A DNA stretch of 64,000 nucleotides, taken from contig JAPETS010000010.1 of assembly GCA_026023565.1 (NCBI GenBank), positions 248,001-312,000 of the forward strand, given 5' to 3'. A program made the translations under genes and the position numbers. This DNA comes from Cirrosporium novae-zelandiae (lineage: Eukaryota). Below the pieces are notes generated by a model that was not told where the DNA came from, did no database searches, and saw only the letters and a program-made list of their open reading frames with translations. This document shows, piece by piece, positions 12,601 through 27,269 of this stretch (position 1 is its first letter; the number at the start of each line of letters is the position of its first letter).

Positions 12601-14553
12601 TCTTAAGAGGGAGGGAAGGAAAAATATGAGTACGATACCATTCATTGTTTCATGGCATTCCATCCAAGGGAAGATGTTAGGTGTTAGGTGTTCGGTAGAA
12701 CTACCAACCAGTGAGGGTAATTCGTTTGTAAGGTACAAATTTACAAACTTACCGGCGGCTTTAAGATGACGAGCAGCGTATGGGCGACTACTGCAGCGTG
12801 TGCAGTGTGTGGCCCATTAACCCAATCCAAATGATCCGTTGAAATATGAGTAGACTTAGGGATGCATCTAATATAATCGGATTCTTTCAACTTCGAGAGC
12901 TAGCTAGCTACCTAGCCAGCGCTAAGGCTAAGCACTTCATTATCAGGATGGGAAGCAGAAGAGTTGTGACTCTATTATCCTATGGGGAGGAGGTTTTCAA
13001 CTCTCCAAGTCCAAGCAAAGCCAGAAAGGAGAAGTAAAATGTTACAAATGTAATGGATTATCTTTCCTTGTATACAGTACGCGTGTGTTTTTGTTGTTTA
13101 TTTTTTTTTTGGTCCAGGGGGGGACTATTTTCGGGGGTTTTACTAGGTTTGAGTTGAAACAAGCAGTGGAAGGCCTCCCTGCCTTCATCGGGAGAGTTGG
13201 CTAAAGGAGGGGTGTATAGTGAGAAGCGATTGAGTTATAGAAAAGCAATGCTATGGCCTGGGGGGGGGGGGTGTAAAAGTATGAAGGTTTGAAAAGGTAT
13301 TTGCTATCCTTGTGCGTTGGGGTTGTTTAGGACAACGTCAATGAGGAGAGGGGGGGGGGTTCAACAGTTTAGCCCGTGGATTCCTTTGCTGTAACCAGTC
13401 TTTTCTTTGGCTATGGATGTTGGCGGATTCCCAAAAAAAAGAAAGAAGAGATCACTGGAATTGTATAATAATGCCTGCTTTGATTAATTCGGGGGATACT
13501 TCTCTTTGAAAAATTATTTCTTCTTGTGTGTATATTATAGAGGTGGCTTCGCTACTCTGGGGATCGCGTTCTGGACCCAAAGGTATTGAAGTGTTGAACC
13601 AGATCGGTAGGCTGAATATCTCTCAGCCTGGTGACGAATAGATCTTTCCAAGTAAATAATAATCCAGTCACCGTGAGGCGGCGGCGAGAACGGGGGTTTG
13701 TGAGAGGAAGAAATCGAAAGAAGTAAGAATTGTATCAACTTCATTGGATAGTTCGTTAACCCGATAGTTAAGTAAGTATATAACTAGCATAATAGACCCA
13801 TATTAGTAGTAAGTACTAAGAATATAATTATCGAATAACATCTAGATCAAGTATATATATAATCAAGAAAGAAAGAACAAATTAATATCCCCTTACACAA
13901 TATTTCGATTTCTCAAGACTCAGACTTAGAAAGAGGGGGGGATTTTGCACTGCCTAAGTACCTACCTAGAACCTAGGGGGGGGGTTAGAATTCACTTGAC
14001 TCTTGGAGGAAGTTCGGAACATTCACCTGTCATTTGTAGGTAGTATACATACATACATACATACTGTACCTATAGAAGCATTAATAATGCACGCACGCAC
14101 TTGCATGTACAAAGGTCCCTCCATGTATGTATGTATGTATGTATGTATGTAGATCGACTGCAGATCCATTGGATGGATGCATTCTGGAATCTAGAACTTG
14201 AAGGGGAGGGAGGGACTTATTCACTACTGCGCACAAGTGCAATAGAAATTTTTGCTTTACTTCACTCAAACTCTCAATAAGGGAAAATGAGAATGATAAA
14301 GACTTCCAAGTGATAGGGAAAGTGGGTAAATAGGTGGAGGGGAGGGGGTTTGTGGAATGAGTCAAATGTTTTAGTAGCTTATAAGTGAATTTGCGGACGG
14401 GGAGAAGAAATGGTAATAGCAAAATAGAAGATCGAGAAAAGAAGTGAAAGGGGAAGTAATTGGTTGCTTTCAATTCTCAAAAAACTCTCCCTAAAACTGG
14501 TGGCAATGATAATAACTTATCGATTTGGGGTATTCCCTCAGCTAGATTTTACT

Positions 14554-15975
14554 TCAAGCATCCCAATCAATCCAGCTGGTCCCATTCTGATTAAACACCT
14601 TTTCGGGTGAACTATAAGGCTCCCATTGCGCTGATGTAAGTTCCTTTGTTATGTTACCCTCCAATCTCGCCGTCAGGTTAAAGCCAGGTCCAGTGTTGTT
14701 GTACTCGGCCATGAAGGTCTCATTCGTGGTTCGCGAACTCCAGTCTATGTAACCGGCAGGGAGAATGGAGTTGTCGAGGTTTGTGAGTGAGAAGATAGAA
14801 CGGTGCAGGGAGTTCTGTCGAAATTGTGTTAGAGGTATATATACCAACCTTAGATTTAAAGAGAGAGAGAGAGAGAAGATGAAGATGCAGAAAGAGAAAT
14901 ATACATACCCAAGGCCTTCCCAGAGGACATTTGTGCTCGATACTCAAACTTGAATTCTCCTTTCGAACACCACTTTCGTGGATATATACACCATACTTGT
15001 TGACGAATGTTGTATCTGTTCCCTTCCAGGCCGTGATACCTCCTCCACAACTTCGTAGTAGGATTTCACAGGACTGAATCCATGCCGTGCCAAAACCATA
15101 GAAAAAGTCGGTTTGACCGGCGATGAGTGATTTATACATGTATGCATTGCCAAGTTTGCCTACATATATCTGCAGCCATTCAATGCCAAATATTAGCTGT
15201 TGTTAAAACCCCGTCTTCCAATGTGATAATAAAAATATTATCCTTTCATCTCATGCTTGCAAGGGGATTACAAACCGTGTCTTGATAGCTCCAGAATCCG
15301 CAATAGTAAAATCCAGCATTCGCGTATCCCATGCTCAGGGCTAAGCTAGGCCCATCACTATATGGCGCATAGTCATTAATAAATTCAATATTGTAAGCTC
15401 TGAAATCTGTGCATCCATATGGATTATCCGCTGGGACTGCATGTCCTGTTGTTCCGCTGCCAGTCAAGGCGGCATCAAGATTCGGTGCTACGGTGAGAGT
15501 TGCAGTGTAAGCATTGTCGCCATTGCCTGCGATAGCAGCCCATTTAATGTTGACAGTGTTCGTAGATTGGTTATAAGGATTCGCAGTTTGACCGAGAAGA
15601 TAGACGGGAGTACGTGAAGTGACTAGAGTTCGAAACACATTCAGAATTGGCCTTTCTCAGGGCTCGGATTTCTCTCGTACCATTAACTTGCTCCGTGTAG
15701 TTTCCAGGCAGAATGAGGATCACATGAGGGTTGCTGGAACTAGAATTCGAAAGGGAGGCAACGGCAGATTGTACAGTAGTAAAGTTAGCAGAAGGGCCGA
15801 CGAGAAGGGTGCCTTGGGGGCAGCCAGTAAGAGGGTCAGAGGTTGGATATTGACATGCTGTGCGATTAAAACTCCAGTCTGTACTTGAACGCGACTCTAG
15901 GGAATACGCTGGCTTGGATGCCACGAGCGAGCAGCAAAGAACAGCTAAAAGCAGAAAATTAAACACAAAAGACAT
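14554..15975 (-). CDS. Secreted pectin methylesterase (carbohydrate esterase family 8), multi-exon
   Basis: Signal peptide MSFVFNFLLLAVLCCSLVAS; CE8 motifs FTTVQSAV, ILPGNYTEQV, FWSYQDTV, IAGQTDFFYGFG, PLGRPW, FMAEYNNTGPG. Confidence 0.9.
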
Positions 15976-16728
15976 TTTGAATGAGATCTGCCAAGACAAA
16001 TCGAGAGCATCATGTACAAGCTTTATGGCAGATCAAAGGCATGAAGCAACGAAGCATTCCCCCCATATGGGGAAATTATTTAATATGACGGATAATTTAG
16101 AACATGTGTTATACACAAGCCATATTGTTTCATTTACAAAGGGCTTTGTGCCTGATTGATGGGAATGGCATGATTTCACAGCAAACCAACCAAGGAAAAG
16201 TTGCAGGGCAAGATCTATATTGACGTGTGATGTATTTATTCAACATTCTCCAAGAGGAGATGAAACGTGGGGTGAAAGGTCCTTTTCAAGAATGGATTGA
16301 AATTGGCGCCGGAAGTGTGGGGAAGAAAACGAACTTCAAGTGCGAAATCTCTCCACCGCTCCTTTATTCGTACAAGCACTTGAAATTTGATATACAACGT
16401 TGTGTCATGACTCGTGAGATTCAATTCTTAATTTATACCATCAATCTACACATTGGAATCGAATATCCACCAATAGCCTCTCCCTACCCCGAGTAACTTC
16501 TCTTCTACCCCACGACTTACGAAGGTGACCACCAGAAAACCAAGAGGAAACAGCAATTCATTTTCTTCTCCATGAAGCTACCTAAGTACCTAACTATTAC
16601 TATGCTAGCAAAAGTTTTCCCGACCCTGCCAAAATACTACTTTACAATTATCGTCTTCGTTGCAACGTAACGCATTTGAAAAATCATTCTCCATCCCCAC
16701 TTCATCTCATCTTCTCCTGTTGAGCTGT

Positions 16729-18407
16729 CTACAATTCTTCCTTGACTCGATCGCTAGCCTTCTGAGCTGCCTCGCTGGCTCGATGAGCCGCCTCCGATCC
16801 TTTTTCGGTTGCTGCATCGGTTGCCTTTTGGCCTTGATACATAGCTTCTTGCTTGCCACTTGAGGCCCCCATCTTTACTTGGTCAACAAGCCACCCGAAG
16901 CTCGACTGAATCTTGGCGAAAATGGTTTCCGATGGTGTGGTTGTACCGTAGCGGAAGTAATTAGCGTTTCTCTTAGCAGCAGCCTTTAATTCGTTCATGG
17001 TACTTCCTTGATATGTAGGGATGCCATAGGAGTCAAGGTAAGATTTCAGTTCCGATTCGGACCAGGTATCAAAGGTTGTATCTTTAACGGTATCGGTGGC
17101 AGCAGCAAGATAAGATGTGACAGAGGCATAACTGGAGCCACCGGCCTTGGATGCACTGGCATATGCATTCTGAGCTTGTTTCACAAGCTCGTCTCGGGTA
17201 GTACCAGCCTTTTCAGCCGACTTGTCGTTTTGAGTAGCAAGCCATTTCCTATACAGTAATTATTAGCCTTGACTTATTTCGTGAATCCAGCCATCACTTA
17301 CTTCAAGTTCTCAGTGGTCCAGGTATCAAATGTCCAGGCATTGAATCCAGTTGCAACCTTATGCTTATTAAGTCTTACTCTAGCAAGGATCTCGTCTCTC
17401 TTGCCGGACTGGGGTACAGGAACCCCTCGAGCGTCCAAAAACGCCTTAAGACGGCTATCACTCCAGGTATCGGCGATCGAGTCAAAGGTATCTTGATACT
17501 TAAGCTGGGCATCATCGGTAGCTTTGGCATATTCATTTCCGGCCATTGAAGTCGCGGCACCATATGCACTAGAAGCCGAGGATGCAATATTATCACTGTA
17601 CAGATATACACGATGCTTACGTGCAAGGGCGAGAAGTTCATTCCGCTTAGAGCCCTGGGGAACTTTGATACCATTCTTGTCGGCCCACTCTTTGATTTGG
17701 CTGTCACTCCAAGCATCCAAAAGGGCATCGCTCAAGCTCTCCTTTGCTGCATTTGCAGATGAGGAAGCCTCAGCGGCCATCTTGTTCATATTTTGGCTGG
17801 CAAGGTAAGAGTTTCGGCGAACGGATGCTATGAGCTTATCCCGAGTGCTCGGTTGAGGAACAGAGAAGCCTCTTTCATCAAGATATTCCTTAAGATCAGA
17901 TTCGGACCAGCTTTCATAGAGCCAGTTACCAGGATATTGAACTGTCTCCCCAACTGTCTTCGCGGCAGATTCATAGTTTTCGCGAACGGCTTTCAGGAGG
18001 GTATCACGTTTACGAGGCTGAGGGGAAGGGATGCTGTGCTTGTCGAGGAAAAGCTTGAGCTGAGAATCAGTCCAGCTAGAGATGGGATCAGCTTGAATCT
18101 AAAAATCTCTCGATACATCCACACACCTATCAAAGATCCAATCTTTGACACTATTATAAGTGTCGGCGCTCTGATCAGAGGCTTGGGATACAGGTGTTTG
18201 GACTTTAGAATCCCAGTTGCTCTTAACCAAGTTCTCGAGGTCCTTACGGTCTGCGGGTGTTGGGTAAGGAATATCGTGGTCAGAAAGCCAGCGTTCAAGT
18301 TCAGTCTCGTGCCACTTGTTATAAATAGTCTTGCCAAACCAGGTACTTGCAACCGTAACCTGAGTTGCAAGTCCCAGCACCAAGATGCTGGAGATGTTGA
18401 TCTTCAT
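16729..18407 (-). CDS. ish1: Ish1/Msc1-family stress-response protein, multi-exon
   Basis: Signal peptide followed by repeated units (WHETELERWLSDHDIPYP, DAWSDSQIKEWADKNGIKVPQG, DTWSDSRLKAFLDARGVPVPQ, DTWSESELKSYLDSYGIP); C-terminal KEEL ER-retention-like signal. Confidence 0.85.
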
Positions 18408-19146
18408 CTTGTCATTAACTTGGGGCTTCCAGTGTTCACTGTACGAGCTGTCAGAGAAATGGATCCTCTCTAGGTGGTATAATACAAGAAAGAAGAAGAA
18501 GAAGAACTCACGGTTTATGGAGAAGAAAAAGAAAGGTTGGGGCTTTAAATGGCTGTGATGTTTTGGAATAGAGGTTTGCCTCCGTCGATTGAAGAGGAGT
18601 AGACAAGCCTGACGTAGTAGACACAAATTGTGGCTTTGTTTTTGGGGTGACAAGTAATAATGACGGAGCGGTTAAGCACCCGTGGGGTATCACAAGAAAA
18701 GTAAACAACTGGAAAGTCTCACTCGTCTGGTTCGAGGATGTCTAGAACGTCGTCCGAGGTTGAAATTGGAATTTCTAGAAACTACAAGCAAATATATTCA
18801 CTTGCAACTACCAATAGAGCTGTATTCTCAACACCGGCTCCTCTCGAATTACTTTTAGATACTATGGTAGCTCGATTATTGACAGCTAGTATCGATTTTC
18901 ATTCTTCCTGATTAAAAAAGGAACGTGGCAGGATGCCCCTCTACTGTGGCTGCGATGAACGAATCCGAGAAACAAACGATATGGAGATGATGTCACAATG
19001 CGCTCATCCTGCAATTATCGGCATTGCATACCTAACACACAAACCCAAGTTATTAGACGGTTGATACTTCTGTATGATGCCACTTTTCAGGAAATCTTGA
19101 TTCATTGTTGATAGAAAGTATTAATTAAAAATATAATTCTCAGTTC

Positions 19147-20550
19147 CTAGGTGGCTTTCGCCGAATCAGCTCCTATGACTTTAGCTTTCTTATATTTAAG
19201 AAACTCGGGGTTTCGATCAGCAAGAGCGTGAAAGCCAACCATAGTTTGTTTATACATCTAGTTCATGTCAATTAGACTATGCTTTCTATTGCAAACCCAT
19301 ACAATGCATAAAGCAGAAAAACATACCTGTCCAGCAGTCAGCGGAGAGAACTTCACTGGATCCCCATTCTTGACTAGTTCCGGAATTGGCTTTACACAAG
19401 ATGAGTTAGTGAATATTATCGTCAACTATCAATTAGATGGAACAACAGACTAACCTTCACAACCTCTTCATAATTCAAGCCCAGAAAGAAAGGGACCGAA
19501 TAACGTTCTTGTCCAGAGTAGTTCAATACTCGATGCATGGTTGAGACATAAAGACCATTTGTACAGGCTTGAAGCTGGTCTCCAACATTCACTATGTAGC
19601 AACCTTTTTGGGGGGGTGCAGATATCCAGTAGCCATCACGGTTCAAGACTTCTAGCGCTCGAACATCCCCAGGTGCTAGGATGGTTAGGACTGTCTATAG
19701 GTTAGCATTATGGCAAGACAATCACTCCAACTCTCATCGTGGAGTTCCAGGTACAACGTGTTTCCTCACATTCAGCATCGGTGTGGCCGTCAATTCCAAA
19801 AATGTTACTCTTTGCCGGTTGAGGGGGATAGTGAGCAATGAGCCCAGTACATCCTGGGTGGGTGAGTTGTGGCTCAAAGTAGTCTTCCTTCAGACCAAGG
19901 GATAATGCAACATTCCGAGCCATGACTCGGGTGAAAGCGCGTAACTGACGGTAGTACTCCGATAATGTAGATTCGAAGTCTTCTGGATGACGCGGCCATG
20001 GATTTTCCCCTCGCATGTACGGGTCGACGAATTGATCATTCGGATCATCAGTTAATTTGCTATCATGTCCCCAATCGAATGCTTCGTTGGCATCTACTGG
20101 CTGTTAATGACCGCTGGACTTTGCGAAAACATTAACCAGCTCACTTCCTTTCCCATCTGGCCCTGCTTTTCCTGCACTATACAGTGGTGTGAAACCTCGA
20201 TAATGAGATGTATTATTGATATATGTCTCCATCTTCTCCTCAAACGGAAGCGCAAAAAACTCCTTCCCCAATTGAAATACACGATCAAGTAATTCTTCAG
20301 GTATGCCATGATTTTCAATATAGAAGAACCCGACCCGGGTACATGCGTCACGCAATTGCGCTGCTACTGCTTTCCGGTCTTCGATGTTCTCACTAAATAT
20401 CCCTCCAACGTTGATAATAGGGATACTATCAAAATTCCCAACTATCGAGTCTTCAGACTTGATGTCCGTAGTCCCGTAGATATTTCCATATTTATTGGAG
20501 CTTCCCCACTCTGCCTCAGCAATGGTAGTGACAGTAGCGGTTGTGGACAT
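19147..20550 (-). CDS. 2-oxoglutarate/Fe(II)-dependent dioxygenase (DIOX_N plus 2OG-FeII_Oxy), multi-exon
   Basis: IPIINVG, DACTRVGFFYIENHGI, HTD iron motif (GHTDAE), IVNVGDQLQ, STMHRV, RYSVPFF; last exon reads MYKQTMVGFH..AKAT*. Confidence 0.9.
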
Positions 20551-21352
20551 ATCGACTGTGTTGGGGTTCGTTTTCGAGATAATCAGTGCTCTCAATCTAG
20601 AGCGTCAAGGTTGTATTTCGAAAGATTGAAGGAAACACATCTCCCTGTCAACTTGAAGGGAGATGACATTTTGCGCTTCCCTAAGCTGCGGGGTTGCGGT
20701 CCGTATCGTAGGATCCATTTCACTTACCATGTCTATTATCTCAACAGGAAAAATCCTTATCTATGATCAACCCCCACAGTTGTGCCAAGAGCAAACGTGG
20801 GTATAGACGTCAGGTCAGCTTTTTACACCTCAGGCCATTCGTATTTAGTCGCCTTCAAGTTCTTACATTTGACATTTCAACTATAAAAGGTAATTCCCGT
20901 TGAAACCGGGTTTAATCGAAGCCTTACTCCACTTGAGATTTTTTTAATGCATGGATGTACAGAATTTTTGCATTGGAATGCTATCGCTGGAAATGGCCTA
21001 TTACTGACCTACCTAGTGTGGAGCTGGTTGCAAGAAAATAATTTCAGCATTGTAAATATAAAGTACTTGCAATATGTTCAAACTTATATTTCTTAACATT
21101 GCTTTTAGATGGTTAAGCCCCATGTCGTAATTTCTTTTAAAGTAATAGTATACAATAGTACGATCCGAACAAAAGCCAGGCATATTGAAGGAGCTCACGT
21201 CAAGCTATAGCACTGCTCTAGAACTCGATCGAGTGGAAAGGGAAGTAGTATACACGAGGATAGTATTCTTCGTGAAAACGATATGTAATAACAATTCCAT
21301 GTCTTGTATAGCACCTGGCCACACCAATCATTGGATGTCATATTCCTTCGAC

Positions 21353-21842
21353 TTAAGGATTCCTATCAGCACCTCCATGTCCTGTGAGACATAAGTTAGT
21401 TATGCCATTTAAGTATACTAAATCTCGTCTATTTACCACTCCAGAAGCCCTTTCCGACTTTTTCCCTTAGGCCTGGTTCAACATTTTGTGCCTTGCCACT
21501 GCTTCTCCTCTCAACTTCCTCGTTATGTTTGCGCACGTCTTCGCTTTCTTCAACTGGTTCCTGTTCATTGAGAATCTTTGGTTGTGCATTAGTACTCTTG
21601 CTTCGATTCCCGGTTCCGCCTTTATTTGGACTAGATTGTTCATTGGTACTGGGTATAGAAGGTGCCGGCGGGCCTGGATGTTCCAGGTGCTCAGACGGGT
21701 TGGGACCCTGAGCCTTGGGGTCAGATCCTCTCGGGTCGCCTTCGCCACTACCATAGTCCTGCGAACCGTACAAGCGACGTGATGTCAAAGCAGGTTGAAT
21801 GGCACGAAGGACAGGAGGACGTGGCAAACGAAAGAGGGACAT
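21353..21842 (-). CDS. Small hypothetical protein with a probable mitochondrial presequence
   Basis: Arg-rich N-terminus, QDYGSGEGDP and PSEHLEHPGPP motifs; an intron after KGFWS (GTAAAT..CTAAC..CAG) gives the C-terminus GHGGADRNP*. Confidence 0.75.
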
Positions 21843-22676
21843 TTCAGAAGGGTTATCGTGCAGTATGAGCTGACTTAGGCTCCAAGATGGCTCGAATGTT
21901 GGAACAAAGTGATCGCTTGAACGATGCGAGTGTGCAGGAAAAACTGCTGCTTATTATGATACCGTTTGGTCCGAAGTAGGCGAACGATAGGTGGTAGAGA
22001 ATCTTTCAGTATCCAGTACTGTGTAAGATTTTTGAAAGAAAATGTTAGAATGAAGGTCTTTGAAGATTGAAGGAAATGATGATGTAGGTCTCAACGAAGC
22101 TGCCGATCAGGAAAGAATGACGTTATTAAGTGAACCCCTTTTCAAAACGGGATATTCCGTTGTGGGAAATTGTTTGTTTGATTACCATCAAACAGCATTC
22201 CAATACCCTATCTTGTGAACAAACACTCGAAAGCATTATTTCTGCACATCCCACCAGAATATGCAACTATTTCTTTCTTGTTCGGATAGACGGGATGGTG
22301 CTGTTGTGGTCTCAAGCTGTGTAGAGTATTTGTGGGGACAACAATCGGTTAACCATTCGTAGGTCAGCAATGGAAGGAGCCAAATATTGCAGATTAGTCC
22401 TTATAAGCCACTATTTGCATGAAATTCCAAGTATTTTGCACAAACAAGATTGCAAAGATAGGTCCAAAACATCCAAAACGCCTCTCATCGAGTACCACAG
22501 TTTGACACATGCAAGTCAGTGTCACGGATCCTTATGAGGTATATGTATCGTATCGTCAATTCCTTTTAACCATGCTGCCTATCCGTAGAAATCAAGACGC
22601 CAAACCAGATGCAGCCCATTCTAAAGTCGTACACACGTAATTTACGAAGCCAGCGACCGTTGTATTGCTCCTCCTA

Positions 22677-24899
22677 TTAGCTAGACATCCACTGACATAT
22701 ACAGCCATCCGTTAAACTTCTCTTGATTCTGCGTTTTCGACGCCGTGAACCAGGTGCGCTAGTGGCAGGAGGAAACAATCGATCTTGAGACAGGGATTCT
22801 GTCTCTGAGAGTTCGATAATCACGTTATTGTTACTACTGTCCTTCACAGGACAATAACTGTAATCGCTGTTGATCTTCATTTGTTGGCAATACGGGTCGA
22901 CCGAACGCTGTGCTATTCGACGCTCTTCAATCTTCATAATCCGTGGGTATTCGCCTGGAAACGAATCATCGTCATCATCTCTTTTACTGGATGAAGATGA
23001 AGATGTCGAAGAAGCTGCACTGCTGGTAGAAGTTGCCGTAGAACGGTTCTGGTCCACATAGATAAACCCTTCTATGACCGTATCATTCCAGACACAGAAC
23101 CAAGGCGTGTCACCAGGCTTAACAGCATCATCCCTAGTCCATAATTGACGATCAAAGGCATCAGCAAGGTTGACAGATCGCTTCGAATCGGAAGAAAACG
23201 CCGATGATTGTAAAATCATAATCTTGTCATACTTTTCTTGGAAGTACTTTGTGGGCCCGAGTCCGAGGTCTTCAAGATCAACCATGTTCACCAGAGTATA
23301 AGGTTGTTTCAGTGCTGGATATTGAGGTCCATATACCATTTTGGGTGATGATGTACTGGTTGGACCCATGCTAATCTGAGGGGAAGTTGCGGTTCCTGCA
23401 GTGTAAATGTTAAGACCGAGATAGCCATCGTCGGCGCAACCCCAAGCTTGTTTCTGAGAGGAGTCGGTCAAGCATGCATCTGCGGACAAGGTCGGGGAGC
23501 TGACAGCGAAAACGTATGTACCAGTGGGTGCGGCTGATACGCTTGTGTATGTCGAAGGGATAGGAGATGCGTCCAGGATCGTAGTTGTAGTTACTACTAC
23601 TGTGGATGCACTATTGTCTATTTCAGTGCATTGTTATCATACCTAGAGTTGTGGAGTAACTGACCCTGTAGTAGCTGCTGCAGGAGGTTGATTGTGACCA
23701 CTCTTGTTGCTACTCTTGTTTGGATGAGGCCTTAAAACAGCCCCCGCAAGAATTCCTCCAACGAATGCTCCACCAACCAGTAGAGAGCAGACCAGGGCAA
23801 GAAGCCACATAGGGACGCCGCAAACTTTTTTATGGGCCCGTTTCTTCCATCGCTCTTTCCAATCGGCGGGCTTCTCATTGATTCCAGCAGTCTCGGCGGC
23901 GGCAGTATTGATCGCTATATGACTATCTCCGCTAGCTGCAGATGACGTTGTTCGGGAAGACATGCGTGTAGGTGGTGGACCAAGATTTTGTTGTTGCATA
24001 GTTCGTATTGAAGATTGGCCAGAGGATGGACCAGCTGGATCCAGAGATAATGGACTGGCTTCAGTGACAATTGCAGCAGGGTTAGGGGGATGATCATTTG
24101 GCCATCTAGTATATGGCGGTAGTTGTTCCGTATGACCATCAGGACCAATCATATCATCAACATCCTCCCTATCTGGGCCAAGTCTCCTCTGATAGTGGTC
24201 TCCCTGACCATTGAATCCTATAGGTATCTGTTGTGCTGGATTGACCGCTGTTGGTACTACCGCTGTTGGTACCTCAACATCTGGAATTGTATTTTGGGGA
24301 TACATGCCATAAGGATGAACAGGGGCGGATGGCCCATCATATGGATGATCTATTGCTCCTATACCTACACCTATACCTGCACTAGATGCTGTCGTTGCAA
24401 GGCTGTTTGAACGGTTAAGGCCTGGTTCCTGTGTTCCTTGCGGGTACATTCCATATGGATGGCTGGGGCCAGTTGCGCCTTGGTATACGCTCTGTCGTTG
24501 GGGAAAAGCAAATGTCGACGATGCCGTACTCGATCGATTGTGGGAAAATGACGAACCAGGTACATTAGATGAGGACGATCTGCTTGGATGACGGGTGGTA
24601 AGGTGAAAGCGTGGTTTGGAGATGGAGTTGCGGACATTTTTATTTATTCGTGGGTTGGATTCGGGTATATTAGATGACCTTAGAGATACCGACCGATGCG
24701 GACCTGAGGAATCCAACGGGACTTCTTCTGCCTGGACATTTGGGGCCTCTCGAGTAGGATTAAAGCCGTCTGCGACATCGAGGGGTTCCAAGGCAAAGTC
24801 ATCACTGAATATATCTGGATTTGAAAAACGGACCGAAGAAGAGGGCGTATCTGGAGATTGTGGTTGTTGGGTAGAATCGGCAGAATTTCGAGGACTCAT
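22677..24899 (-). CDS. Hypothetical single-pass membrane protein (disordered N-terminus, TM helix, Cys-containing C-terminal domain), two exons
   Basis: Two long ORFs separated by a short intron; GPSHPYGMYPQ and GHTEQLPPY motifs, TM segment WLLALVCSLLVGGAFVGGIL, PWFCVWNDTVIEGFIYV, terminal CICQW. Confidence 0.8.
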
Positions 24900-27269
24900 G
24901 GTGAGGTGCGACGCGCCCAACTATGATGCTGCCGACAAACACGGGCAAATATTGTGGGTGACAAGATCAGATCATGAGATCAGGAGGACCAAAAGATGAT
25001 AAGGGGATGGGATTGTAAGAGCGAGAGACAGAAATAACACCTGAACGTGAAGAATTGAGATATAATCGAAATGAATAGAGTGAAAGATTTGGGGGGGGGG
25101 GGGGGAATAAAGATGATGGACGGCGGCGGGTATGAAGAGTTGAAGGTTGGAGAACAGACTTGGAGTGGGAGTGGGAGTGGGAGTGGAGACAACGATCAAG
25201 TCAAGCGTTTTTTGGTGTGAGAGTGGTGAGGAAGGATCGAACAAACCAGTACCGTTCAGCGTTCAGCATTTTCAGTTACTCGAATTAGGAGCTTTTTCCT
25301 AGGGTCACTTTCTAGGATTAGTTAGTATAACTGTAAGGAGCGTCGAGGCTTAAGTGGCTGATTAGTGCATCAAGACAAGGTTTTACAGGGATTCGACAGG
25401 GATTCGACAGGGATCGACTGAGAGAAGTTACAGGAACAATACCCAGAAATACAGCGAAATACAGTAGAAATACACGGAGAATACCTGGACTTGGGCGAAT
25501 AATCACAAAAGCACTTGGGGGGGATCACAGGGGGGCCGAAAGGGCCAAGTCTTAACTAACATGACCTAACGGACAGCCAAGGACATCTAAGGATTGCTAG
25601 TTGTCGCTTAGCACCAGCGGCCTATCCCTTGGCAGGACTGGACCAGGAGAATGCACGCTCTTACGCTCTTACGCACCTTTCTTTCCTTGGTTTCGACCGT
25701 TGACTTGACTGACTTTGACTCACTCACACTCACCCTACCACAAGTAATCAATTCTTGCCTGAACTCTTGGCCTGTTAACCCCAACCTACACTAAAGCTGA
25801 GTATACTTTTCTCGTGGCCTTCCTGTTTCATCCAATATCCCTAAGAGACAGCAACAGTCACAGATCATATTGAGGTCTTTGGTTGACCCTTCCATTGCAT
25901 TGAGTTTATCCAGTAATTTTCTGACAGACATGGCACATTTCATGAGTAATGTATTTACCCATTTTGACATGTTTTGATCAAATCAAATGAAAAAGCCAAA
26001 AGGAAAAAAAAGGCGAAGAGCGAAAAAAGCGAAAAGTGAAGAAGCGAATCGAACTTTGAGTTGGAAGGAACACCCACCAAACCCAACTAATATGGTTAAA
26101 TCCTCTTGCCAGCTTATTAAATCTCAAAATGATGCCTTGGATTAACCCAAAATCCATTGCTGGTTGTTTATTTGCTTTTAAGGTCTTGTCCATGATTTTA
26201 ATCCAGTCGTGGAATTATTGAGGGATAGCCATGGATCGCCAGGCCCATTTCTTGACTGGTTCTAATAGTCCCAGTGGTCCACCACAGTAAATGCGGAGGT
26301 TCTCGTACAAGCTTGTACAAGGAACATGGGGCCATGCAGACTGATCGCTCTGGTGACTTGGTCCAAAATACGGATAAAAAAAATGGGCCAACTGGAATAG
26401 TGAGGTAAGCCGGTTTCAACAGAATAGGGTTATATTCACGACTGCTATTACTGTCTATAAATCCCTTACTAGTACCAGTCAGCCACAGCCTAGTTTCTTG
26501 TGAGCCACCAAAAGATATGCAGATGAATTGTCACGGCTCACTCTCACCAGATGGCCTCCTCATATTAGTCTGCTTACTTTTTCTGACGTCGGGAAAATTT
26601 TATCACTTTAAGACAAGCTTGGGCACAGTAAAAAAGCATTCTCCAGATTCCAATTCTCCAATCCTTTTTAATGTCTGTAGGGGTTCCCTTTCAACTTCAA
26701 TTAGCGAGAGCGAGATCTGCTTCACTATTTCTTACCTACTTCCTCATATGTATACTGCTACATAGACCCTAAGACATGCCATCCGATTGTCATGTCTTTT
26801 ATGTGAAGGTGTTGATCCTAAAACAATTAATTAACTTATTTCCAGAGACTCGAACAATTTAATTGTTGGACGATCTGATGATAAAGTACTCGAGTTAAGT
26901 CACAAGTGCCCGGTCGCCAAGTAAAGGAAATTTGGAAGAGATTAGGTTAAAACATGTATGTATCAAAGGCACCATGGCACCAGAGATGTCTTAATAAATA
27001 ATGCAGGAAATATTCGATATAAACATTAGGGCTCATACCCTACTAACATGACCCTTTCCAGCCCTTGGTGACATGGGCATTGGTGTACATTATGACATGA
27101 AGGACCCTGGGGATCTATCTGTCTATCCGGAAGTTGGTGTTCCTTTATCACAACTTTAACTGGTCAACAAGGATTCTGGCTGTCTGTTCCTGATTTTGAT
27201 GAATATGATGATCCAATAGAAATGATTGTAAATGACAAGTCTCCATGCAAGGTGGCGTAAAGGCCTATC

